DNA from: Candidatus Omnitrophota bacterium
GTDB lineage: Bacteria; Omnitrophota; Gorgyraeia; B26-G9
DNA: 64,000 nucleotides
Reading direction: 5' to 3'
Assembly (NCBI GenBank): GCA_043814605.1
Contig: JBDRJV010000018.1
Location: forward strand, 21,545-85,544
Part shown: positions 45,887 through 55,714 of the stretch, one piece after another
Layout of the letters: the number at the start of each line of letters is the position of its first letter
How positions within the stretch are numbered: position 1 is the first letter of the stretch
Made by a program: the position numbers and the translations under genes
Notes under the pieces: model-generated
Database searches by the model: none
What the model was told of the DNA's origin: nothing
Seen by the model: only the letters and a program-made list of their open reading frames with translations

Positions 45887-47740
45887 TTATGGCTGTTTTT
45901 CTGGGGTATTTGGGCTTCTTCTTTTCATTTTTTCTTTATAGGCTTTTCTTTTTGCGGCTTTTGCCTCGTATTTTTTTCTTCTTTGTTCCTTAACAATTTC
46001 TTTAGTGGTTACTTCCCGCACGGCTTTTTTTAAACCACTGGTTGATTTAACCAATTCTAATTGATCTAATTTTTCTTTGGATGTTTTGGTTATGGTTTCT
46101 AAATCTTTAACACTATGCAGAACATGAGGCGTAAGAAAAACTAACAGTTCAGTTTTTAATACGGTTTTTTGGGTTTTCTTAAATAAATCTCCCACTAAAG
46201 GTAAATCTCCTAAAACCGGAATTTTATTTTCGACGATACTGTCATTATCCCGCATTAAACCGCCCAAGACTACAGTGTGGCCGTTGGGTACCATGACTTT
46301 TGCATTCGCTTCGCGTTTATTAATAATACTAGCATCGTATAATGTCTGAGCGCTGAGGTCTTTTAGTTCTGCATGGACTTTTAAATTAACATAACCGTCC
46401 TGGCTAATGCGCGGCGTGACTTTCAACGCTAGGCCCACATCTTCGTATTTAAAATTTACAGTGGTAACATTATTAACTAGGTCAGTGACTGAAGATTCAA
46501 TGATCGGGATTTCCTGTCCTACGGTAATGGAAGATTCTTGATTATTCGAGGCAAGAATCCGCGGAGTTGAAAGGACTTTACTGTTTTCCTGTGTTTTTAA
46601 AATAAAGCCTAAAAGATTGGTACTTTCTTTACTGTTTAAAATACGGTAAGTAAAGCCTTGGGTAGAAGCATCAGTGGATAAGCCTAAAAGAGAATGAAAA
46701 ATACTCTCATCATGTCCGTCCTGGCCCCCCAAGTCGAGTTTAATTCCCTCTGTAGTTACCGTCGGGCTGGTGGCTGAGCCGTATTCAACCCCCATTTTAA
46801 AACTATCATCTAAAATTACATCCATTAATACCACTTCAATCATTGCCTGCGGCGGAAAGATATCTAACTTATTGATCAGTTTTCCCAGCGCAGCAAAATT
46901 TACCGGGGCTGTAGCGACAACAATAGAATTAGTTTCTTCCTCAACATAGGCTTCAATCTCGCCGTAAATTTCCAGCGGCTGGTCCTCAAGTCCTAATTCC
47001 CGAAATTCCGGGTAATTTTTTTCCTTATCTTCTTTAGATAAGCTGTTTAAAATTTCCGCGATTTTTTTTGAATCCCCGTAATTAATCACGAATGTTTTTA
47101 CCTGTATCGGAGAGGGAAGAGCGCGATCGATTTGGGAAATTATTGTTGCCAAGCGTTTAATGTTTGATGATGCATCAGTAATAATAATTGTATTAGTTCT
47201 TTCATCTGCAAGAATATTGCCGTATTTACCGATTAAATCTTGCAGTTCGTTTTTCAGTTTTATCGCAGAAGCATGGGCTAGCGGCATGACCTGGGTAATG
47301 ACAACGTCCTTTTCCTGAATAAAATCCGGGCCAGCTCCGACCTGGACATCAACATTGGTCTGTTTTATTTCTGAAACCGGCAATACTTTTAAGGCATTAC
47401 CGGATTTGACTAACGTAAACCCGCGGATCATTAATGCACTCTCCAAGACACTAACAATAGTTTCGGGCTTAACTTTTTCCATGCTGACAATAGTAATCGT
47501 GCCTTGAAGCTGGTCATGGGGGATGATAATTGTTCCGGTAATATCGCCGATAACCTTTATGGCCTGGTTAATATCTGTATTTTGAAAACTCAGCGAGATC
47601 AGATTATCCTGCTTTAATTCAGAAAATTCAGAAGTTCTGGAAAACTCAGATTGAGCAAATAAATCCCCAGAGACAGAAAATAACAGCAGTAGAAGCAGTA
47701 TTAAATGTAAATATAAAATTATCGTTTTAAATTTTTTCAT
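45887..47740 (-). CDS. pilQ: Secretin (PilQ/GspD family) with a lysine-rich C-terminal tail
   Basis: C-terminal secretin domain VVLGGLMRDNDSIVENKIPVLGDLPLVGDLFKKTQKTVLKTELLVFLTPHVL. N-terminal signal peptide. The unusual K/R-rich tail is KEQRRKKYEAKAAKRKAYKEKMKRR. Confidence 0.8.
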   Translation of the reverse strand: MKKFKTIILYLHLILLLLLLFSVSGDLFAQSEFSRTSEFSELKQDNLISLSFQNTDINQAIKVIGDITGTIIIPHDQLQGTITIVSMEKVKPETIVSVLESALMIRGFTLVKSGNALKVLPVSEIKQTNVDVQVGAGPDFIQEKDVVITQVMPLAHASAIKLKNELQDLIGKYGNILADERTNTIIITDASSNIKRLATIISQIDRALPSPIQVKTFVINYGDSKKIAEILNSLSKEDKEKNYPEFRELGLEDQPLEIYGEIEAYVEEETNSIVVATAPVNFAALGKLINKLDIFPPQAMIEVVLMDVILDDSFKMGVEYGSATSPTVTTEGIKLDLGGQDGHDESIFHSLLGLSTDASTQGFTYRILNSKESTNLLGFILKTQENSKVLSTPRILASNNQESSITVGQEIPIIESSVTDLVNNVTTVNFKYEDVGLALKVTPRISQDGYVNLKVHAELKDLSAQTLYDASIINKREANAKVMVPNGHTVVLGGLMRDNDSIVENKIPVLGDLPLVGDLFKKTQKTVLKTELLVFLTPHVLHSVKDLETITKTSKEKLDQLELVKSTSGLKKAVREVTTKEIVKEQRRKKYEAKAAKRKAYKEKMKRRSPNTPEKQP

Positions 47741-48306
47741 CTTTGACCCCCAATTCCCATTCTTAATTTTTGCATAGTATTTAAATTTCTTAAATTCGGA
47801 TTAGTTGGTTTTTGTATATTTTGAGTTTGTGTTTGTTCTGGTGCAGAATCAGCTGCCGGAGAAATTCCCTGGTTAAGTTTTAATTCAAAAACCTGTTCAT
47901 TTCTTTCTAAGATAATTTTATTTATTTTTATATCACGCACCAGATAATCTTCAATGGCGTCATTAATTGAAACATAAAATCCTTTTTTTTGGGAAATTTT
48001 TTCAACAATTGCTTTATAGCCGTTTTTTATTTCGATAACTCCGGTAAGCACAAAGTCTAAGCCGCTGTTTGTCTGGTTGGTTTGTTCTTCGGGTAAATTA
48101 TATTCATTCTCAGATGGATCATATTGCGGCCGGAAAAAATTTCTTTGCTCAATTATCTGATAATATTTTAATTCCGGATCTTGATTCAGAGAAGAATCTA
48201 AATCATTTATCTGTGCGGAGCAAACCTTAATTTCCATTGCCGAAAATAATAATATGAACAGTATCAGGATAAATTTTAAAAATCTGGAAAATTCTAAAAA
48301 TTTCAT
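47737..48306 (-). CDS. PilP-like pilus assembly lipoprotein/periplasmic protein
   Basis: 189 aa with a signal peptide, positioned between the PilO-like and secretin genes (conserved pilMNOPQ order). Confidence 0.4.
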   Translation of the reverse strand: MKFLEFSRFLKFILILFILLFSAMEIKVCSAQINDLDSSLNQDPELKYYQIIEQRNFFRPQYDPSENEYNLPEEQTNQTNSGLDFVLTGVIEIKNGYKAIVEKISQKKGFYVSINDAIEDYLVRDIKINKIILERNEQVFELKLNQGISPAADSAPEQTQTQNIQKPTNPNLRNLNTMQKLRMGIGGQR

Positions 48307-48842
48307 ATCTGATCCTTTAAAAAAATAGTTGAAATCACCAGATGCCCTTTTAATAGTGCAGAGCGGTCTGATTTTGGTTCAAGCTGTAATCTGTTTGCCG
48401 TAAGCACCACAGATGATTTCCTCATCTGGTACAGAAAACGGACAAGATTGCCTAAATTTGATTCCATATTTATTTCTACTGAAAGTTCCCGGAAAAAACC
48501 TAAGTCCCTAAACGGGCGCGGGTTCATGGTGACAATATGCAGGTTTGTATCCTGTGCCACATTACCGATTGCTGTTAAAAAGTTACTTTGGCCGCGTTGT
48601 GCGGGAAGTTTGGCCTGAATTCCTTGACTGATTGCGGCGAATTTTAACTTAAGTTCTTCCTCCTGGGCAATATTAGCCCGGCTTTTTTCAAGGTGTAATT
48701 TTTTTTCTTTTATTAATTTTGACTGTGTATTCCATTTGCGGGCAAAGGGAAGAAAAATGTTTATAAACAAGATTATTGCAGAGAAAATAATCAATGCCCG
48801 GATGATTTTATTTTTGTTTTTCAAATTTTTTAAATCAAACAT
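48303..48842 (-). CDS. PilO/GspM-like bitopic inner-membrane pilus assembly protein
   Basis: 179 aa: N-terminal TM helix, coiled coil, small periplasmic domain. Synteny. Confidence 0.45.
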   Translation of the reverse strand: MFDLKNLKNKNKIIRALIIFSAIILFINIFLPFARKWNTQSKLIKEKKLHLEKSRANIAQEEELKLKFAAISQGIQAKLPAQRGQSNFLTAIGNVAQDTNLHIVTMNPRPFRDLGFFRELSVEINMESNLGNLVRFLYQMRKSSVVLTANRLQLEPKSDRSALLKGHLVISTIFLKDQI

Positions 48843-48866
48843 ATATTTCTACCAATCATTTATAAC

Positions 48867-50750
48867 TCATATTTTTTTTAACTGACAAAATATTTCAAAA
48901 TCAATAATTTCCTCAAACGGAATATTTCTTTTTCTCGTATAAACAATTTTAGAATTGACAAACGAATCCGACTCATTCAATTTCTCGGTTAATCCGACAA
49001 CCGCGGAATGTGACTCAGCCATGCCGACTAAAACAATTGACGCGTTTTTCTCAAAAGAGAAACTGTTAATCGTAATATCAGAGGGAATTAAAATGCTCAA
49101 TTTTCTTAATATCTCCATGCAGGAGTTTTCTAAAGATACATAATCTTCAACTGTCTGGATTTTATCTCTCAGATCCTGGATATAAGTTATTTTTGGCTTA
49201 AGGGTATCAAGTTCTTTTTGCAGGCGGTTAATGTGTGCATCTCTTAGTGCCAGAATCCAGAGCGGAAAAAGGAAAAAGGCAAAAACTATTAAAATACAAA
49301 TTGCCGCAACTGTGATTCTTTTGTTTAAAATACGTTTTGTTTTTTTCTCCTGCTTGATTTTTTTCGGCAGTAAATTAAACTCAATGCTTTTTATTTTTCC
49401 GGCGGCTTGCGTCTTCTTAAAGCCTGAGGCTAAACCTAAAAGCGGATGCAGAATTTGTATGTTGGCGTGGTATTTTTCTGCCCGCGCTGCGATTTCCACT
49501 TGTGTTGCTGGCTTTTCCTGGATAACTTTTTCTTTTAATGCGGTTTTTAAATATTCATCCAGGTTTTTTAGATAACTACCGCCGCCGCTTAGACGGATCT
49601 GGTTAATTTCCGCTGCGCTTGAGGTCATTTGATAAGATTCCAGTGTGCGTTTAATTTCAGCACTTAATGCATCTGCCCAATTAGCAGCGATAGAGGAAAT
49701 GCTTTTCTGAGTTTTATTACTTGCAGTTTTAGTCAGGATAATACCGTTTTCCTTTTTAATTTTTTCTGCATCATCGAAGCTGATGCTTAATTCCCGTGTT
49801 AAATCCTGGGTTAAATTCACAGAGCCTAAGTGAATACTACGGCATAAACACAAACTTCCATTTTCAATAATGTTGATGTCTGTATCTGCGGCGCCGATAT
49901 GCAGCTGGACATAAACGCCTTGTTTTTGAAAATTTTCTGCGGCTGCGTTATAAATTGCAAGTGAACTAATCTCAATAATGTCCGGGTCAATATTAGCATT
50001 TTTTAGTAATTTTAAATATTTATCCAGTACTTCTTTTTTAACTGCAATAAGTGCAACATTAGTATTCGGGGGAATTTTTCTTACAATCTGGTAATCAAAT
50101 TCCACATCGGACAGAGAAAAAGGGATGTGTTGTTCTGCTTCAAATTCAAGCATGTTTTTAATTTCTGCTTCATCCTGAGTGGGAAGATCGATGAATTTAG
50201 CGATTACAGCTGAACGCGGTAAAATCGCATAGACTTTTAATTGCTTAAAAAGCGGATGTGTGCTGATTCTGATTAAGTTTTCGTGAATAAAATTCTTTAA
50301 TTTATCTTTAGTTGTGGTTACGATGTAAGGGATAGGGATAATCATGATGTCCTGCAAAATTATTTTTTCTTTATCATATGTTAAATAAATCATTTTAATG
50401 TTACTTGTACCGATATCTATAATGATTTTATCTTCTGTTTTTTTTGTGATTAATTTTTCCAGGCTATCTACCAGCCGGTTAAAAATTGATTTTGCCTGAT
50501 CTAAGTGCAGGAGCGGCAGATGAGAAATTCCTTTTTGGATTTTTTCGATGATTTGTAATTCCTGCGGCTGGGCGGCTTTTTGTTTTGTCGGATAATCAGG
50601 CTTATCTTTTTGTGAAATATCAACCTGATGAAACAAGGCATCAAGCCCTAAGCCCTTGATTTTTGACTTTACAACATCGTTAAGCCTTTTTTGTTCTTTT
50701 TTATTATTATCCTGGCTATTATTGTTCATGGTTTTTTTGGATGACCTCAT
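48867..50750 (-). CDS. Fused PilM (actin-like ATPase) - PilN (TM + periplasmic) protein
   Basis: IIDIGTSNIKMIYL (actin/FtsA-like phosphate-1 motif) and a ~350-aa PilM-like region. Then a single TM (ITVAAICILIVFAFFLFPLWILAL) at ~aa 470 and a ~150-aa periplasmic tail. Confidence 0.6.
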   Translation of the reverse strand: MRSSKKTMNNNSQDNNKKEQKRLNDVVKSKIKGLGLDALFHQVDISQKDKPDYPTKQKAAQPQELQIIEKIQKGISHLPLLHLDQAKSIFNRLVDSLEKLITKKTEDKIIIDIGTSNIKMIYLTYDKEKIILQDIMIIPIPYIVTTTKDKLKNFIHENLIRISTHPLFKQLKVYAILPRSAVIAKFIDLPTQDEAEIKNMLEFEAEQHIPFSLSDVEFDYQIVRKIPPNTNVALIAVKKEVLDKYLKLLKNANIDPDIIEISSLAIYNAAAENFQKQGVYVQLHIGAADTDINIIENGSLCLCRSIHLGSVNLTQDLTRELSISFDDAEKIKKENGIILTKTASNKTQKSISSIAANWADALSAEIKRTLESYQMTSSAAEINQIRLSGGGSYLKNLDEYLKTALKEKVIQEKPATQVEIAARAEKYHANIQILHPLLGLASGFKKTQAAGKIKSIEFNLLPKKIKQEKKTKRILNKRITVAAICILIVFAFFLFPLWILALRDAHINRLQKELDTLKPKITYIQDLRDKIQTVEDYVSLENSCMEILRKLSILIPSDITINSFSFEKNASIVLVGMAESHSAVVGLTEKLNESDSFVNSKIVYTRKRNIPFEEIIDFEIFCQLKKI

Positions 50751-51486
50751 TAGCTAAGGCATTAAACATTGTTGTTGCCGGATCCTGCGGTGCGTATTCA
50801 ATAATGCTTTGGCCGTGGATTTCTGCTTCCGGAATTTTGGGATTGCGCATAATCCGGGTATTAAAAACCTTACGCTGTGTAAAATACTCAATGATTGCTT
50901 CACTGATTGATGTATGCAGCATAATTGACTCATCATACATATTAATCACAACGCCGAGAAAATAAGCGTAGTGCTCTAAATCCTCTTTAATTTTAAGAAT
51001 CGTACTCATGAGCATGCTCATACCTTTTAAAGCATAAGAATTTGGCTCAATCGGGACAAGTAAGTCAGTACTGGCGACAATTGCATTGACGGTTAAAATC
51101 CCCAAAGATGGCGGGCAGTCAATGATAATATAATCATATTTTGAAATTTCCGGGCGAAGAGCTTTTCTTAATTTAAACGGCCGCGAAATATCTGATGCCA
51201 GTTCAGTTTCGGCACCGGATAAACTGATATTTGCGGGTGTAATAAATAAATTTTTCAAAGATAGGGGAATGACAATATCGCTTAAAGGTACATTATTAAT
51301 TAAAGCATCGTAAATGGTGTTTTCTAAGCCATTGGTTTCCACGCCTAAACCGTCTGAGGAATTACCCTGCGGGTCTAGGTCAATAACCAATACACGGTAT
51401 CCTTGCATAGCTAGGGATGCAGAGAGATTAATCGTAGTTGTGGTTTTACCCACACCGCCTTTTTGATTAGTTACGGCAATAATCAC
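50719..51486 (-). CDS. ParA/MinD-family P-loop ATPase
   Basis: Deviant Walker A AVTNQKGGVGKTTTTINLSASLA. Overlaps the pilM-N start by 32 nt. Confidence 0.8.
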   Translation of the reverse strand: MIIAVTNQKGGVGKTTTTINLSASLAMQGYRVLVIDLDPQGNSSDGLGVETNGLENTIYDALINNVPLSDIVIPLSLKNLFITPANISLSGAETELASDISRPFKLRKALRPEISKYDYIIIDCPPSLGILTVNAIVASTDLLVPIEPNSYALKGMSMLMSTILKIKEDLEHYAYFLGVVINMYDESIMLHTSISEAIIEYFTQRKVFNTRIMRNPKIPEAEIHGQSIIEYAPQDPATTMFNALANEVIQKNHEQ

Positions 51487-51690
51487 TTTTACTCCTTTTT
51501 ATAAGAAGCAAGTAGCCCCGCTGTAGCGGGATTTCGCTAAAAAATACATTAATGTTCTCAACAAGTAGAGAGAAAAGATATTTATTTTTTGTATAACTTA
51601 CTAATTTACTCGCACAATAATGTCTTAACAAAATTTTCTTTATTTATAAGAAAATTTTAGTCTATAGCCTAAGGTCTATTGTCTTTGGTC

Positions 51691-51933
51691 TTAAGATGCT
51701 AGTTTTTTAATACCCTTTTTGTGTTTTAACTGGCGTATGTCCTGTTCATAAAGCGCTTTGATTTTAATTATGTCTTCCTTAGTATAATAGCGCCAGCCTT
51801 TATCGTCTTTTCTGGCTTTGGGGATTATGCCCATTGCTTCGTAATTTTTTATAGTCTGAATAGCGATTTTTAGCTCTTTAGCTAGATGACTGATCTTAAA
51901 TTTTTGTTTTTCCATATTCAATCTAGTTTTCAC
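51691..51933 (-). CDS. Small MerR-family helix-turn-helix DNA-binding protein
   Basis: KISHLAKELKIAIQTIKNYEAMGII...GWRYYTKEDI matches a MerR-type N-terminal HTH. 80 aa. Confidence 0.55.
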   Translation of the reverse strand: MKTRLNMEKQKFKISHLAKELKIAIQTIKNYEAMGIIPKARKDDKGWRYYTKEDIIKIKALYEQDIRQLKHKKGIKKLAS

Positions 51934-52147
51934 CTACAGAGAACTTTAGCGACTTTTAATTCTAAACCCACTAAAAGTGTACCATTTTAAGGGTATGTTG
52001 TCAAGAGATTAGCGACTTTAAAGAAAAAATTGTAAGTTAGGGGTAAGGTAAGGGCATAGTAACTGTTGGGGTTATGACGTTTCAAAGGGTAAGGGGTGTA
52101 GCAGCTTTCTGATATATATGATATACTTTTTTACTCATTAATAATGA

Positions 52148-53203
52148 GTGTTTAATAAAATAAAGGAATATAAAGTGGGAAATAAAAGTTTTAAGATATC
52201 TATAATTTGTTTACTTTTTGTTGTAGTATTTTGTGCAAAAGCACAAGCTTTTTCCTTAAATTGCCTTGCTCCGCGTTTGCAAATTAATCAACAGATTTTT
52301 CTTGAAAATGTTAATATTAACAAATCGCTGAATATTAATTGGGGTGTGCAGATTGAACCCTGGGTAAAAAGCCAATTGTTAAATGCACAGCGCAGGGAAA
52401 GATTTATAGAACGGGTTGTTGCAAAAATTCTTAATAAAACTGATAACGCAATAGAAATTTATGCGGTTAATGTTTCCTTATTTAATAGGGGGAAAAAAAA
52501 TAAATTTTCTTATCGGATTAAGGTTGATTTAATTACAGGAGAGAGAATAGAATTTATTCTAAAATCATACAAATATAACCGGTCTGTGAGATTTGAACGG
52601 GAAGTAGAAAGTTTAGCTCTTTTAGGCCCAGAGCATGTAGCCTTGCTTTATGGATATTGGACGCATACTCCAACCTGTAATAAAAATGAGCAGTTAGATG
52701 AAAATAATTATATGTTTTTTGCGCAAAGCTATGAATTAGGCGCGACTTTACAAGAGTATTTAGATAGCTTACCAAAGCTAATCACCGGGATTCATAAAAG
52801 TGATATAAAAGATGTGTTATCTTTAGCCATTAATCGGTATGCCCGAGTCCAGAAAATAACCCAAGGATATTTTCAACTGACGAATACTAACCCTAATAAT
52901 ATTATAATTAATATTTTAACCTCGGGAAAAATAGTAGTAAAAATTATTGATACCGGAGGGCAGATACAGGGTTATGACCACGAAAGATGGTGTGCAAATA
53001 TTATGCAAAATTTGGTTAATCCCGTACAATTATCACGGCCTGAGTTGCGGGGACTGCTGGATATTCAGGAGATTAAGAATATTACGCATGATATTTTAGA
53101 TCAAGAATTTACATTCTTGATACCTGATAAAAAGCTGACTAAGAAAAGGTATTTATCCCACAAAGAATTTTCAGCAGTGCAATTGTTAAACAGTGCGATT
53201 TAA
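52148..53203 (+). CDS. Hypothetical secreted protein
   Basis: Signal peptide (ISIICLLFVVVFCAKAQA). No confident family assignment; weak kinase-like 'IDTGG' remnant. Confidence 0.4.
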   Translation: MFNKIKEYKVGNKSFKISIICLLFVVVFCAKAQAFSLNCLAPRLQINQQIFLENVNINKSLNINWGVQIEPWVKSQLLNAQRRERFIERVVAKILNKTDNAIEIYAVNVSLFNRGKKNKFSYRIKVDLITGERIEFILKSYKYNRSVRFEREVESLALLGPEHVALLYGYWTHTPTCNKNEQLDENNYMFFAQSYELGATLQEYLDSLPKLITGIHKSDIKDVLSLAINRYARVQKITQGYFQLTNTNPNNIIINILTSGKIVVKIIDTGGQIQGYDHERWCANIMQNLVNPVQLSRPELRGLLDIQEIKNITHDILDQEFTFLIPDKKLTKKRYLSHKEFSAVQLLNSAI

Positions 53204-53669
53204 GTAATATTTTCTCCTCATTGTTTTCCTTAAAATGATTAAAATCCATTAAAATGTTATCCAAGATTATATTGACGAAATTATACCAATATTGTAATAT
53301 TTATATATGATTTGTCACAAAAAACTCTATTTTCCATTTAAAAAGGATATAAAGAGGTTATGGGCAAAAGAAAGAAAAAGGTAAATTAAAAGATAATTTC
53401 TAAATAAAAAAATTGTCTTTTTTTGTTTTAGTTATTTAAATGAAATTTTGTGTAAAGGAGCGAGGCACCCTACGGGTAGAGGCTTGCCCCTAAAACGGAC
53501 GAAGGGGATTTATCGCATATCCCCTTAAAATAGAGGAAGAGTCAATCCCCTTGCCTAAACATTGGAAATTCACTCAAGAAATTTCCTGTTAGACTACGGG
53601 TATAAATTTGCACAGTTACTTATGAGCGTTTCGCTCCGTAAGTAACGTGTTCATTTAAAGGAGGAATTT

Positions 53670-54878
53670 ATGGGATTATTTAATGCAGTTTTGAGATTTA
53701 AAGATAGATTGACAAAATTTAGTGATGAAGAGCCACTAAGTAAATTAGCTTTAGCGATTATTATTTTATTGGATATTTTCATATTATCTATTGTCTCTGG
53801 GGGTTTATCCGCGCACACATCCCAACTAACATCCCCGGATGAATATTTCCCTTACAAGTGCAGAAATATTTTTATTGATAAACAATGGTCACAAGCCAAC
53901 AAGATGGATAATCTCCAGAATTTTGTTCTCTCTGATTACAATAATTATTCTTACAGATATGATAGTGCTTTTGATAGATCTAGAATAGATAAAATGCATC
54001 CTATTTGCAAAAAATTTTATGATACTTCAAAATTGATATATGAAAACAGTGAATTAAAAAAACTATTTGTCCAGCGGCAAGAATTAGCCAAGGAAAAAAA
54101 TCAGTGGGCGCAGCAATATAATAGGAATAAAAACATATATGATACATCGCTTTTAGAGAACATAGCAGGACAAAGTAAAGAGGAGTTAGATGTTATTTCC
54201 AGCTCAATGAAAGAACAATCTAAAGAGATCGAAAGAATTAGTTTTGAAATAGCAAAAATCAACAACCAACTTAACCGCAATACGCTTGTAAATAACCTGT
54301 GGGAAATAATCCGGCCGGGGGACATTAATTTTAGAGATAAAATGATTAGAGACGTCAATAAATTTGAACGAATTTATTTATTCAAGGAGCTTATTTGGCA
54401 ATTAATATTTATGTTGCCTCTTTTTATAGTTTTTTATATCTGGTATAGTAAAAGTATTAAAAAAAGCAATACAATTCAAACTTTAATATCATCTCATTTA
54501 TTAGTAATAGCCTCAATTCCTATTGTTATAAAAGTTATTGAGGTTGTTCTAGATCTAATCCCTTACCATTTTTTCAAAGAATTATTTAAATTACTCGAAT
54601 TATTACATATTATCGCATTATGGCATTACATTGTAATCTTTATTTCAATTGGTGTGGCCATGTTTTTTATATATTTTATTCAAAAAAAATTATTTAATAA
54701 AAAACGGCTTTACCAAAAAAGACTGATGAAAGGAGCCTGCTACTTTTGCGGAAAGACGCTCCCCGGAAAAATAAATATTTGTCCATTTTGCGGCACAAAT
54801 CAGCTGAAAAAATGCGAGCAATGTAATGCCGATACTTTTGTGGGTGGCGAATATTGCATAAATTGTGGGAAAAACTAG
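53670..54878 (+). CDS. Membrane protein with C-terminal double zinc-ribbon
   Basis: Several TM helices in the C-terminal half. CYFCGKTLPGKINICPFCG...CEQCNADTFVGGEYCINCG gives four CxxC pairs. Confidence 0.5.
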   Translation: MGLFNAVLRFKDRLTKFSDEEPLSKLALAIIILLDIFILSIVSGGLSAHTSQLTSPDEYFPYKCRNIFIDKQWSQANKMDNLQNFVLSDYNNYSYRYDSAFDRSRIDKMHPICKKFYDTSKLIYENSELKKLFVQRQELAKEKNQWAQQYNRNKNIYDTSLLENIAGQSKEELDVISSSMKEQSKEIERISFEIAKINNQLNRNTLVNNLWEIIRPGDINFRDKMIRDVNKFERIYLFKELIWQLIFMLPLFIVFYIWYSKSIKKSNTIQTLISSHLLVIASIPIVIKVIEVVLDLIPYHFFKELFKLLELLHIIALWHYIVIFISIGVAMFFIYFIQKKLFNKKRLYQKRLMKGACYFCGKTLPGKINICPFCGTNQLKKCEQCNADTFVGGEYCINCGKN

Positions 54879-54978
54879 GGTCTCCACAGATTTCTAACTA
54901 AAATTAGAAACCTAGGCACAGAGATAATTCGGGCAGATAACTTAACTTAATTTTGTTCACTTAAAAAAGGAGGAAAAA

Positions 54979-55557
54979 ATGAGAGGTTCTGGTTATTATG
55001 ATGGGATGATTTTTGCCAGTCTTGGTATTACAATAGGAATAATTTTTATTGCAACATTAGTCATCGCAGCTCTCACACGAACTAAATTAGAAAAAATTTC
55101 TCCCAAAATTATTTATTTTTACACGATGGCATTTATTAGTTTAATTTTTGTAGCAGATGGGATTGGAACATTTATCTCCATGATTGCGGATTTAATTGTA
55201 GCCTTAGGTATTTTTAATATTGAGATTAAAAAAGCTTTTTTAACTTTCTTCTCAATACTTGTAGTAGCTATACCTTCATATTTATTCCATTGGACTAAAA
55301 TGTTAAAAGGATTAGGATTAGAGGAAGAAGAAAAAATTTTATGGCCTTATTATAAATATATGGTCCTCGGTTTAACGGCAATAGCATCTTTAGTTTTTAT
55401 CGGAACTCTATTCTATCAGGCGTTGAGTAGTTTGCTGGGTATATCAAAATTCAATTGGAGCAATTTTAATATTGTATTAGGATATGGAATCGTGGGAATC
55501 GCTGCCTGGGTATATCATTGGGGTGTAAAAATGCAATTTGACAATAAAAATACCTAA
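54979..55557 (+). CDS. Small polytopic integral membrane protein, hypothetical
   Basis: 192 aa with ~5 hydrophobic helices. Confidence 0.45.
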   Translation: MRGSGYYDGMIFASLGITIGIIFIATLVIAALTRTKLEKISPKIIYFYTMAFISLIFVADGIGTFISMIADLIVALGIFNIEIKKAFLTFFSILVVAIPSYLFHWTKMLKGLGLEEEEKILWPYYKYMVLGLTAIASLVFIGTLFYQALSSLLGISKFNWSNFNIVLGYGIVGIAAWVYHWGVKMQFDNKNT

Positions 55558-55714
55558 CAGCCTAAAATTATGAGAGGGAGATTGATTAATTTTAAGCTGC
55601 AAGTTTCAGGTAAAAATCTTTAAGCTTGAAGCTTGGTGCTTGTGGCTTACTTAACCTCATTCTGAATTTTAATGTTTGAAATCTAATTTTCCGATATCTG
55701 TTGAAAATTAAAAA

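Noticed and set aside
52148-53203. Protein-kinase-like call for the secreted 351-aa protein based on 'IDTGG' and 'NPNNIIINI'
   Set aside because: It lacks an HRD/HxD catalytic loop and a Gly-rich loop. The similarity is too weak to support a kinase annotation.
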